DNA from: a virus
Lineage: Duplodnaviria > Caudoviricetes
IMG/VR virus record: IMGVR_UViG_3300014204_000140
Location: 1-64,000 of that record
Direction: 5' to 3' (one strand)
DNA length: 64,000 bases
Shown here: piece by piece, positions 49,501-59,000 of the stretch
Numbering within the stretch: position 1 is the first letter of the stretch
How the letters are laid out: every line of letters starts with the position of its first letter
Translations under genes and position numbers: made by a program
The notes under the pieces: generated by a model
What the model was told of the DNA's origin: nothing
Seen by the model: the letters and a program-made list of their open reading frames with translations, nothing else
Database searches by the model: none

Positions 49501-51444
49501 CGTTCTGTTATACAAGATAATAATCCTGGAGCATTAGTCCTTGGTACTGGAGGGGTATTGGATAGATATGATTATTTATCTACTAGTTATGGATCTACTT
49601 GTAGATTTTCTCCAGTTAATGGAATAAATGGATTATATTGGATTGATAACATTAATAGAACTATTTGTAGATATAATGGAGAAGGCGTTGAACCAATATC
49701 TAAAAGTAAAGGAATAAATTCCCTTATATCTAGTTCCATAAGTTTAGATACAGAAACTATATCATGTTCAGATAGAAAGTATAATGAAGTATTATTTACT
49801 ATTCCTTATACTTATACTACTATCTCTGGAGATTCAATGCAACCAAGTACCTATAAACTAGAAGCTACTAGTATACCAAGTTATTATTATACAGATTGGA
49901 GATATAATACATCTCTATTTACTACTATTAAAAATTTTAAACTTGTAGTTGAGGTAATTGAAGTATCAGCAAATGAAAGTACATTTACAGATGGATTTGT
50001 ATCAATATCTGATGAATTTAGTGTTACTAATTATAAAAAGTATTTAAGAAATGGTACTAATACATTTGATATTAATAGTTCTATTACAAATACTTTAACT
50101 TGGTTAAATTTTGGATTAGGTAATGATAATGAATATACTAATCCTCATAATTATAAATTATTATTAAGTTCTATAAATTGTTATGAAATCGTAGATTCAT
50201 TATATTTAGATGAAGAATTTGTTTATTCAGATGGAGATATAGAAACTGTTACTACTGGTATTTGGACTATGAATGTTTATCCTCCAACACTTAGTATGAC
50301 TAGGGAAATAACTTCTGGTAAATTACATATGGCAGTTACTGGTTTTGCTGGATTATATTCTACTCAAGCATCTTATAATAATGCAATTCCTGCTGGAAAT
50401 GGAACAGAATTTAAAATAGAAATTAAAGTTGATGAGGCAATAGGATACCATGCGTTTCCATCTTGGAATAGTTGCGGATTATGGATTATGAATGCTGACA
50501 CTGGAGCATCAGTTTATTATCTTAATTTTGCTACAACTGGAACATATACATATGTTGGAGGAATAGATTTTCCTGTATTAGATGATACAGTTAATTATAG
50601 TTTACAAGTAGCTTTAGTTGATTTTGGTAATCCTTCAGTAACCATGTCTATAATAGTAGATTATATAAAAGTATATAAAAGAGTAAGTAGTCCTACTGCA
50701 TTCTTTACTGAAGATTTTGATTCATTTTATTCACTTCCTATTGGAGATGTACCTACTAATTGGATTGCTAATTATAATATAAATTGGGATGTTGTAGGTT
50801 CAGGATATCATGCTGGTGGAACATCAGTTAGTACAGTAGCTCCTATAGTATACAATGAATTAATGGAGTCATTTAATGGAGTATATACATTTAATACAGA
50901 TGCTATATCTTTATTCATAGTTCCATCTAGTACTAATTATATAACTAATTCTGGATCTTCTCTATATATGCATAACATAGGAAATAGAAATACATTCTAT
51001 GGAGTTAAGTATCCATCTACATTAAAATTTATTGCTAATGATAATTTCGAGGAAGTTAAGACTTTTGATAGTTTTAAATTTAATTCTACTTGTAGAACAG
51101 AGATTGATGATATAGATCAATATGATAAGACATTTGTAACTATACGTTGTTATAATGATTATCAAAATTCTAATTTTCAAACTATTTATACTTCTGGAGT
51201 TAATACTAATATTACTCGTAAAGAAAGAGAATTTGTATTAAATGTTCCAAGAAGTAGAGTTAGTATATCACAACCTAATTATCCAAATATATTTGATCCA
51301 GCTAATCTATCAAATGAAACAAGATTATTTAAAGAACGTATGAGAGATAAATATCTTATTACAGAATTATTATATAATGATACAGGAAATAATAGATTTA
51401 ATGTTCCTTATATAACCACTAATTATAGAATATCTAAACGATAA
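46537..51444 (+). CDS. Tail stabilisation / muzzle protein
   Basis: 1635 aa; NTFSGGMNTD..YLYAEN, YQRDEIYRFGIVF, FLDVDSKYGKI, RMRDKY; carries an extra insertion at ~49.8-50.8 kb. Confidence 0.85.
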   Translation: MAETNRYQVINTFSGGMNTDADKSVIPKNQYLYAENYRIFGDSTNTVGSLENILGNTLLTSVITPGYYPIGYCNIRDELYICTTQNQHPTDGLYSELIKVIFTADGESISSHTHIYNDQYSSDGSRLNWSRDYLIKAIGRYESDTIKKIYFVDGYNIFRSMNVVSISTTSPVNKFDVIPNFNLSSPVFDRFVSGRLTSGKIQYAYQMYNLYGAETLFSPVSQLIPISETSGQTGSNKTFKGSEIDENTGKGIRFSIFPPTGFDRIRIVSIKYNSINSIPVIKIIVDQNISTNPITTYFYDFGTTALGEYTYEEFAVIGREVFVASELETKNNYLFVANITDNDWDVDFDARAYRFVSSTASGSLTTGHTAIFDAGEWGTNNWYDINSNFLIGGTTSVPETYDCLNPYNDISLDKSRTDTTPSWIHLYNFIYQVNGTTIGGEGLNVSYSFIQHQFIISNTGTNYGEDYCYNTDYSNVNVELNYKGYQRDEIYRFGIVFFDDKGRSSTVKWIGDIRMPYYTDIIGGYDNFPFTWDVDEISYGMSLGISFTVDTSSAYSQGAKYFKIVRVKRESADRTILAQGIIPTMLLYNDGSGLSYRGYTIPYTATGTVSGITKYTSPLEFISPEINFNKNLSYTIGDSLELIATSTVAKQWDNFSNVSMTIGTLPTTSNYSQTVKYSGFDTSLPISTRSSKIKNVNNFQILGPLTKINNLTYSDGIFMTGVDYRILNITECASVGSGSSSMHLSAGGTKGIVESDSFAGNIAGTSFNCYYCNYKRNVFSSQYGGNTYTARQNNSYISCSSLQICIDDTTVNVYEGDTYISMFDYLRNIVYGDIINDRRSQLIVYFPVETSINLRYRSDDCFSKTTDDPNHSRRYMQELAGIYTSGSITYNQLTDLYKYNSVYSQENTTIGYYPESNIADNSNEVHDNRILVSDLKIDRETSDSWTMFRMDNFLDVDSKYGKITSLLVKDNYLYFWQPKAFGVLSVNQRSVIQDNNPGALVLGTGGVLDRYDYLSTSYGSTCRFSPVNGINGLYWIDNINRTICRYNGEGVEPISKSKGINSLISSSISLDTETISCSDRKYNEVLFTIPYTYTTISGDSMQPSTYKLEATSIPSYYYTDWRYNTSLFTTIKNFKLVVEVIEVSANESTFTDGFVSISDEFSVTNYKKYLRNGTNTFDINSSITNTLTWLNFGLGNDNEYTNPHNYKLLLSSINCYEIVDSLYLDEEFVYSDGDIETVTTGIWTMNVYPPTLSMTREITSGKLHMAVTGFAGLYSTQASYNNAIPAGNGTEFKIEIKVDEAIGYHAFPSWNSCGLWIMNADTGASVYYLNFATTGTYTYVGGIDFPVLDDTVNYSLQVALVDFGNPSVTMSIIVDYIKVYKRVSSPTAFFTEDFDSFYSLPIGDVPTNWIANYNINWDVVGSGYHAGGTSVSTVAPIVYNELMESFNGVYTFNTDAISLFIVPSSTNYITNSGSSLYMHNIGNRNTFYGVKYPSTLKFIANDNFEEVKTFDSFKFNSTCRTEIDDIDQYDKTFVTIRCYNDYQNSNFQTIYTSGVNTNITRKEREFVLNVPRSRVSISQPNYPNIFDPANLSNETRLFKERMRDKYLITELLYNDTGNNRFNVPYITTNYRISKR

Positions 51445-54245
51445 TGAAAAGAAGATTAAAAATAAAAAGATATAAGTATCAAACTGGAGGGTTAAGTTAT
51501 ATGGATACTACTCCTAAATTACTAACTCCAAGAGGTACTAGCGGGGTTGGACAGAACTTACAATTACAAAGTAGTCAAATACCTAGTATTCCAGTGGGAG
51601 ATATGCAACAACATTTTAATCAACAAATTCCACAACAGTCATTTCCTCAACAACAATCTCCTCAATTTGGTCAGAGTATGAGAACTGCTGGATCAGTTGG
51701 AAGGATGCTTGGATCTGGATATTACGGTAGTCAAATGGCCAGTAATCAAGGAGAACAGGCTTATAATGCAACTATGGGAGTTGTATCTCAAGCTGGTCCT
51801 ATAGGTGGGGTAATTGGTGGAATAACTGCAATAGGAGATGCTATAGGTAAACCTATTAGAGCTAAAGCTGAAGAAGTTGATCCTAATACTGGTGGATATG
51901 CTGATATAGGAAAAGCTAGACGTACAGCAGTTATAGGAGGACTTACTAATCCTTTAAAAGCGTTAATAGAACATCCTAATTATAAGAAAAAAGATAAAGA
52001 GATGAGATGGCAAAAACAACTTACAGATTGGAATAGTTCTTTACAAAAAAGTTCTGTATATAGGCAACAAAATCCTCAATATAATTATAATCCTACTTTT
52101 GCTACTGGAGGAGATTATAAAGGAGTATCTATGAGGTTATTACCTAATAAATATCCTAATGGAGGTAATGTTTTAGATCCGTATGCAGAAATTGAAGAAA
52201 AATATGCAGATGATCCTAGATTAAGAGATCTTGACTATAAAGATTGGTTGTCTGCCGTAGAAGGAGGGAATAAAAAGAATTATCCTAATTTAGTTAGTGA
52301 AGGTGAATTAAAAGATAAAGCTAGATTATATTATTATTCTCAACAATTAAATAAGAAACTTAGAGAAAAGAATCCAGACGTATATACTAATTTACAAGAA
52401 CGTTACGGATGGAAAGGAAATAAAAGTACTTGGGATGATTCTAGTGATTTATCGAATATGACTAGAGTTGAAGGAGCTGAATCTTACGCTAAACAACATC
52501 CTGATTTCTATCTTTCTCCAGAAGAACAAAGAAGTACATTAGATAAATATTGGGATGATTACAATACTCTTAGAGGTAAATACGGTAAATCTTTAAATTT
52601 ATTAGGATCAGATGAAGATCCTAATAAACCAGAAACTTGGAAAGTTGGAGCAAGACATTCAGTAGCATTTAATCCTTCTAGATATGGATTAGTTATTCAA
52701 CCTGAGAATGAAAAGGCTGCTAAACAAAGAGGATATGAAGCTAAAAGATTTGATTACAATGTAGAATATGATCCTAGTAGATATTCAGATGATGAAGGAT
52801 ATAATATTAGTATAAATAGAGCTATAAAGAAATTATATCAACCTGAATACCAAATGTATGCTAGAGGAGGATATAATACAAATGGTATGATAGGTAATGC
52901 TGAATTAGAAGATGAAGAGATATTTAGAGTACCTGATGGTACAATAGAAAAAGTTAATGGACGTACTCATGCTCAAGGAGGAGAAGTATATAATCTTCCA
53001 GAGAATACTGAAATACTTGGTAAAAATATAGCTCCTAACGGAAAGTCTTATAAAGAGAATGGAGATAAGTTAATAAGACAATTTAATAAATATACTAATA
53101 TATTAGAAGACAAACCTACAGCATTAGCTAGAAATACTGCTGCTATGATGTTGGATAAAATACAGAATAAGTATACCGATTTAATGAATATGCAAGAAAT
53201 GGAGAAAGGTTATTATTTAAGTCCAGATGAAGAAATGGAATATGCTTGTGGGGGAATTACTCCAGAATATAAAAGTGGCGGTTGGATTCAAAAAGCTACT
53301 GCTTCTATAAAACGTAGAGGTACTAAAAGTAGAGGATTAATTGATTTTCCAATGTATGAAGATGGAGATATAACTAGTAGATATGATAGAAGGATTCCAA
53401 CAAATAGAAATTCTTATTCTCCAACTGGATATAGTGGGTCAGATTTTCTTAGATATTTAAGACCAACTGGTACTGATCAAAGAACGGGTATGCCTAATCC
53501 TATAAAGTATAATGATCCAGCTGGACGTGTAGGGCCTGGATATTTTGTTGGTAATATCAATCAACCTGAAAAATATGATTTATCTTATGATATTGAAACC
53601 TCTCCTAGATATGAACGTACTAGATTTATAGATGAACCTCAAGATAAATGGTATAATAAAGCTATTGAAGGAGCAGGTCAATATGCTCCAATTGCATATA
53701 ATTTATATCAAGGATTATTTGGTAAAGCAGAACAAGAAGATCCTTCTACTAATCCTTATGAACCCGAAATTAGAAGTTTAATGAGAAGTAGAAGATATAA
53801 TGTTGATCCTGAATTAGAAGCTAATAGATTGGCTACTGCTAATTACTATAGAAACTTAAGACAAGCAGCTCCTTCACAAGGACGATTACTATCTGGATTA
53901 CAATCAGGACAAATCGGTAGACAAAGATCTGATGCAGAAGCTTATGCTAGAAAACAAAATATGGATAATCAATATATTGGAGAAGAAGCTCAGACATTGA
54001 TGGGTCTTTCTGATATAGATGCTAGATCTAATGAAGCTATTGATGAAAGAAATGAAAGAGCAAGAGCTGCACAAAAGAGGTTCTTACCTACTGCTTTAAG
54101 TCAATTACAACAACAAACTCAGGTTAATAAAATAATGAGAGAGAAAGAAAAACTAATGAGAAATAAAGCTCTTAGAGATGAAGAACGTCAGAGAATTATG
54201 GAAGAATATTTCAAAGGATATAATTTTAATTTAGGAGGAGTATAA
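51444..54245 (+). CDS. Virion cargo/ejection protein
   Basis: Gly-zipper AGPIGGVIGGITAIG, repeated [YF]xxGG motifs, AELEDEE...GRTHAQGG; position after the muzzle. Confidence 0.7.
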   Translation: MKRRLKIKRYKYQTGGLSYMDTTPKLLTPRGTSGVGQNLQLQSSQIPSIPVGDMQQHFNQQIPQQSFPQQQSPQFGQSMRTAGSVGRMLGSGYYGSQMASNQGEQAYNATMGVVSQAGPIGGVIGGITAIGDAIGKPIRAKAEEVDPNTGGYADIGKARRTAVIGGLTNPLKALIEHPNYKKKDKEMRWQKQLTDWNSSLQKSSVYRQQNPQYNYNPTFATGGDYKGVSMRLLPNKYPNGGNVLDPYAEIEEKYADDPRLRDLDYKDWLSAVEGGNKKNYPNLVSEGELKDKARLYYYSQQLNKKLREKNPDVYTNLQERYGWKGNKSTWDDSSDLSNMTRVEGAESYAKQHPDFYLSPEEQRSTLDKYWDDYNTLRGKYGKSLNLLGSDEDPNKPETWKVGARHSVAFNPSRYGLVIQPENEKAAKQRGYEAKRFDYNVEYDPSRYSDDEGYNISINRAIKKLYQPEYQMYARGGYNTNGMIGNAELEDEEIFRVPDGTIEKVNGRTHAQGGEVYNLPENTEILGKNIAPNGKSYKENGDKLIRQFNKYTNILEDKPTALARNTAAMMLDKIQNKYTDLMNMQEMEKGYYLSPDEEMEYACGGITPEYKSGGWIQKATASIKRRGTKSRGLIDFPMYEDGDITSRYDRRIPTNRNSYSPTGYSGSDFLRYLRPTGTDQRTGMPNPIKYNDPAGRVGPGYFVGNINQPEKYDLSYDIETSPRYERTRFIDEPQDKWYNKAIEGAGQYAPIAYNLYQGLFGKAEQEDPSTNPYEPEIRSLMRSRRYNVDPELEANRLATANYYRNLRQAAPSQGRLLSGLQSGQIGRQRSDAEAYARKQNMDNQYIGEEAQTLMGLSDIDARSNEAIDERNERARAAQKRFLPTALSQLQQQTQVNKIMREKEKLMRNKALRDEERQRIMEEYFKGYNFNLGGV

Positions 54246-54246
54246 T

Positions 54247-56094
54247 ATGCCTACTATAGGTCAATACGATGTTCCAGCTGAGAGTAACGCATATGATACT
54301 TTTGTAGATACATATGTTCCAATCCCATTTGATGAAATGATGAAAGTTGGAATGATGAAGCAACAACAGCAGGAACAAACTTATGATGCTTTGTCTAAGA
54401 CATATGAAGATGTTTATAATTTAAAATATATACCAAATTCTAAAGATGAACAGTATGTTAAAAGTGTAGTTATTCCTACAGCTAAAGAAATATTTGATAA
54501 GTATTCTACATCTGATCTTAGTCCAATCACATTACGTCAAATACGTAGAGATTTTAATACTAAAATTGATAAGAATTTAGTTAAAGATATTCAAGATTCA
54601 TATTTAGGATGGAAACAACATGAAGTTCAGAAACAGAAGTTAGCTTCTGAAGATAGATTAGATCCATATGAAGAAGATAGATCTAGTGGATATAATACTG
54701 CTGTTCATGGAGTATACAATAACTTTTCTGTTGCATATAGTGATCCTATTGCAGATTTACAAAAGAAATTCTTTGTACCATTAAAGGAGTCTCTTCTTAG
54801 AGATAGTAAAGGTAATTTACGTACTACTAGTAGAGGATTTAATGTAGAAGGAGTTACTCCTGAAATTATTCAAAATGTTGTAGAAAAGAATCTTGATACT
54901 GAAGTGGCTACTAGAGAAGGACGTAGAGCAATTAGCCTATACAGAGATAGATATGGTCTTACTAAAGATCAAGCTAGTGATAAAGAAGTATTAAGAAAAG
55001 CATTTACAGAAGCCGGAGAACCATTTATTAGGGAAAACTTAACTGGATCTCAATATCCAGAATGGATGTTTAGAGATAAAGGTGAGAAGGAAAAGTCTAT
55101 ACCACTACAACCTGTATCTATGTCTCCTCAGTTTAACCTAGCTGGTATAAAAGAAGGAGATGTACCAAGTATAGAAGATATTACAGGAGTTAAACAGAAA
55201 GGATTTTTTGGAAAAGTATTAGCTGCTGCTAAAGAAGGATTTACTATGGGATTCGGAACTCATGAAGAAAAACAAAGTTTTAAAACTCAACATGAAGATG
55301 CTTTAGATAAACTATTTTCTGGAAATTATATAAGACCTGAAGATAAGACTCCACAATATAAACAAGTTGAACAACAAGCTAAGAATTTCTTTAATTATAA
55401 AGGAAAAGATGAAAATCAATTATCTGATTTAACTAAAAAGTATATAGAACATTTTTATACTAAAGGTCATTCCACTCCAGTTTTTGAAATACCTACAGAT
55501 GAAGCTGCTAAACAATCTAACGATTTAATGTTTAATAAAAATAATATAGCTACTAATAGAGAATTCTATGATACAGATAAACCGTTAACTCCTACTAATA
55601 GAATGCAATATTCTGAGTTAGTAGATGAATATCCCCAGAGTAAATATTTATATAATATAGTTGGTGCTATAGGTGCTAATAATCCAATGTTTCCATCTGG
55701 TAGACAGGTTAATATTTACAAGAAGGATAAGAATGATCAACCTACAGAATTAGTTAAAACATTCTTTATGGGACCAGGGGAAGGAGAAAAGGATTTAGGT
55801 AGATTTCCTCATAATTTTCATCAAATAAATTACAACGTTCAAGGAAATAGAAAATACAATGATACTTTTTGGGATGGTAAATTAGGTAAAACAGTACCTA
55901 TGGAGATATCTCAAGAACGAATAGATTTTCCTCAAGGTGATGAATTTAAAGTAGATATTAAATTTAAAGTTGATGGAAAGAGTTATACGTTTCCACCAAA
56001 AGATACATCTGAAGATAGAAAATATTTTCCAGATACAGAATCAGCATTAGCTACCTTTACAAATTATTATAGATCTATTACAAGAAGTAAGTAA
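54247..56094 (+). CDS. Virion cargo/ejection protein
   Basis: 615 aa; FVDTYVPIPF start; between cargo 1 and the giant gene. Confidence 0.65.
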   Translation: MPTIGQYDVPAESNAYDTFVDTYVPIPFDEMMKVGMMKQQQQEQTYDALSKTYEDVYNLKYIPNSKDEQYVKSVVIPTAKEIFDKYSTSDLSPITLRQIRRDFNTKIDKNLVKDIQDSYLGWKQHEVQKQKLASEDRLDPYEEDRSSGYNTAVHGVYNNFSVAYSDPIADLQKKFFVPLKESLLRDSKGNLRTTSRGFNVEGVTPEIIQNVVEKNLDTEVATREGRRAISLYRDRYGLTKDQASDKEVLRKAFTEAGEPFIRENLTGSQYPEWMFRDKGEKEKSIPLQPVSMSPQFNLAGIKEGDVPSIEDITGVKQKGFFGKVLAAAKEGFTMGFGTHEEKQSFKTQHEDALDKLFSGNYIRPEDKTPQYKQVEQQAKNFFNYKGKDENQLSDLTKKYIEHFYTKGHSTPVFEIPTDEAAKQSNDLMFNKNNIATNREFYDTDKPLTPTNRMQYSELVDEYPQSKYLYNIVGAIGANNPMFPSGRQVNIYKKDKNDQPTELVKTFFMGPGEGEKDLGRFPHNFHQINYNVQGNRKYNDTFWDGKLGKTVPMEISQERIDFPQGDEFKVDIKFKVDGKSYTFPPKDTSEDRKYFPDTESALATFTNYYRSITRSK

Positions 56095-56099
56095 TAAAC

Positions 56100-59000
56100 A
56101 TGCCCGATAAGACTTTTAGAGATACAGATTATTATAGTGGTCAAATAGATCCTATGACTGGGTTACAACTTGCCCAAGGAATTCCAGAGAGTAGTTCGTA
56201 TGATCCTATGTTAGGAGTATGGAATACTCCACATCCTACCATACAAGATACTGGAGCAGAATTAACTTCTAAATATGATACATCTGTACAACCATTTGTA
56301 GACATAAACAGACTACGTGGAGAGAGACAGTCTGGATTTGCTCAACTAGGATCTGCTATTAATCAAGCTGTAGTTGGACAGGTTGTTGGGGGTACTGTAG
56401 AAGGAATAGGATATTTACTTGATTTTGAACAATATGCTAATCTTGCTAAAGGTACTGAACAAGAATTTGGAAACTGGTTTTCAGATATAGGTAAGTCTTT
56501 ACAAACTTGGACTCAAGAAGAAACTCCTGTATATACAACTTATGAACCTGGATCTTTTAGTCCTGATCATTGGAGTTGGTGGATGAATAATGTTCCATCT
56601 GTAGCATCTACATTATCATTATTAATTCCTGCCGCTGGTGCAACTAGAGGATTAAGTATGTTAGGTAAAGCTGCTAAGATTGGAAGAGAGTTAGGAGTTG
56701 CAGAAAGATGGGCAGCTAAAGGAATTACTCAAGCTATTGTATCTCGTCATATGGAAAGTATGATGGATTCTAATCAAACTTATAACGATGTTCTTAATAA
56801 ATCATTAAGTTCTGGAATGTCTGATGAAGAATCTAAAAAGAAAGCTTCTATAGCCGCATCTAGTGTATATAAAATGGAATGGGCCTCACTAGCTCAAGAT
56901 ATACCACAATACTTATTATTGAATAGATCATTTAGTACTGCTTCTTTAGAAAATACAATTGGTATTGCTAGAAAGATGGGTAAGACTATCACTCCAGTCA
57001 TTGGGAAGAAAACTGCTGCGATTGGATGGGATATGTTGACAGAAGGTGGAGAAGAAGCATTTCAATATATAGCTCAAAAGGAAGGTGAATATTTAGCTAA
57101 TACTACTTATGATCCATCTCTAAAAAGATTATTCTCCGATAGATTAGATTCATATCTTGCAGATGGAGATTTATGGACACAAGGTTTTTTTGGTGCTGTA
57201 GGAGCTGGGGTTGTACAGACTACTGGACATGCAATCAATAAAGCTATAATGGGTAATAAAGATCCTAGGATAGAAGATATTCAATCTTGGGGTAGTCAAT
57301 TCTCTTACTGGAATCAAAGGATGAAAGAAGCTCAAACTGATGGAGATACTAATGCTGAGAGATTCACTAAGGATGCATTATGGTCTACATTAGGTACTAA
57401 AGCTGCTACTGTTGGGAATGCTAGGAATGCTATGGATTTTTTAGAAGCAATGAAGAGTCCTACTCAAGAAGAATTAGATAGATTTGGAGTTGATGAAAAT
57501 GATCTTAAAGTATTTCAATCTGAACTTCCTAAAGGAATAGAGAAGATTAAAAGAATTGAAAAGATATATAACGATAATTCTAAACTATATAATCCTGACA
57601 AAGCTCAGTTAGTTACATATCATCAAGCTTTATTAGAAGATCAAATTAATAATAGAAATAGATTAGAATCATTAAGTAATCAAGATAGGTCTATGATTCC
57701 TAATCTTGATATACTACCTCCACATGTTAAAGATTATTTATTTCATGAAGTAGATTCTAGGTTAATAAATAAAAGAATTAAATTCTTTGAAAAAGCTTTA
57801 AATAGATCTGAAACTGAATCAGAAGAAGCTCAATATCAAAAGAACATTGATAAACTTAAAACTCAACTAAGTACTGTAGAAGCTGCAAAGAAAGATATAG
57901 AGTCTATTGGTGGATTTACTAAAACTACTATTAATAATTACTTACCACAATTAGAGTCTAAAGCTTTTGAAGATTATAGGAGACACACTCAAGAATTAGA
58001 ATATAGCAGACATGCTATATCTGATCTACAGAGTGATCTTGAACGTATCAAGAGAGATGATTTTATATCTACTCCTGAAGAACGTACTAAGTATACTCAA
58101 CAGGCAAAAGAAGAACAAGAAGAGAATAAAGTATATCAACCATCTATTGATGATATGGTTGTTTATACTGCTCCTGATGAATCTATTAGTTTACATAAGA
58201 TAAATGAAATAGATGAAGAAGAAAATGCTACTATAACTCCTGTTGATGAAACTGGTAATCCTACTGGAGATCCAGATATAATAGTAGATAGAAATAATCT
58301 TACTTTGTTTCATAAAGAAGGAGCTGAAGAGTTAGATCAGCCTGAAACTATTAATTGGGATGAAACTCCAGAAGTAGAGAAAACTTTATACGATGAACCT
58401 GGAAGAGGCTTAAGAGATGTATCTGCATCTATATCACATTCTCATTGGGAACCATCTCAAAGAAAAACTATAGTTAGAAATAAAGCATTTGATATACACG
58501 TTAGTACACCTAGTAATGACTTAAAAGGAGATAATGTCAGTTTTAGTATTGATACTAATGTTGCTAATGTAGCCACTGATGAGAGGTATAGGAAGGCTTT
58601 AGAGAAAACAACTAAGACTGTTAATGATAAGATTAATAATGGTGAGAAGTTTACTAAAGTAGAAATTAACAATATAGTAAACACTATAAGATTAACTAAT
58701 AATGAAGATAGATTTAATTCATTAGTTGATATTATACCTATTAAAATATCTTATAAAACTAAAGATAATCAAATATTCGATACAGGATTATATTATCATG
58801 ATACTAATTTTATTCATAGATTATCAGGTGGTGGATGGAATATAGTTATTCCTTCTGATGTAGAAGATGTTGAGGTATATATTCAATCTGAGAGAGAAAA
58901 GGTAAGGAAGAATAGAAAGATATTATTGACAGCATTATTATCTGGAAAAGAAGTTATCCTTTACAATATTGGAAAGACAATGGGTATTCCTAATAATACT

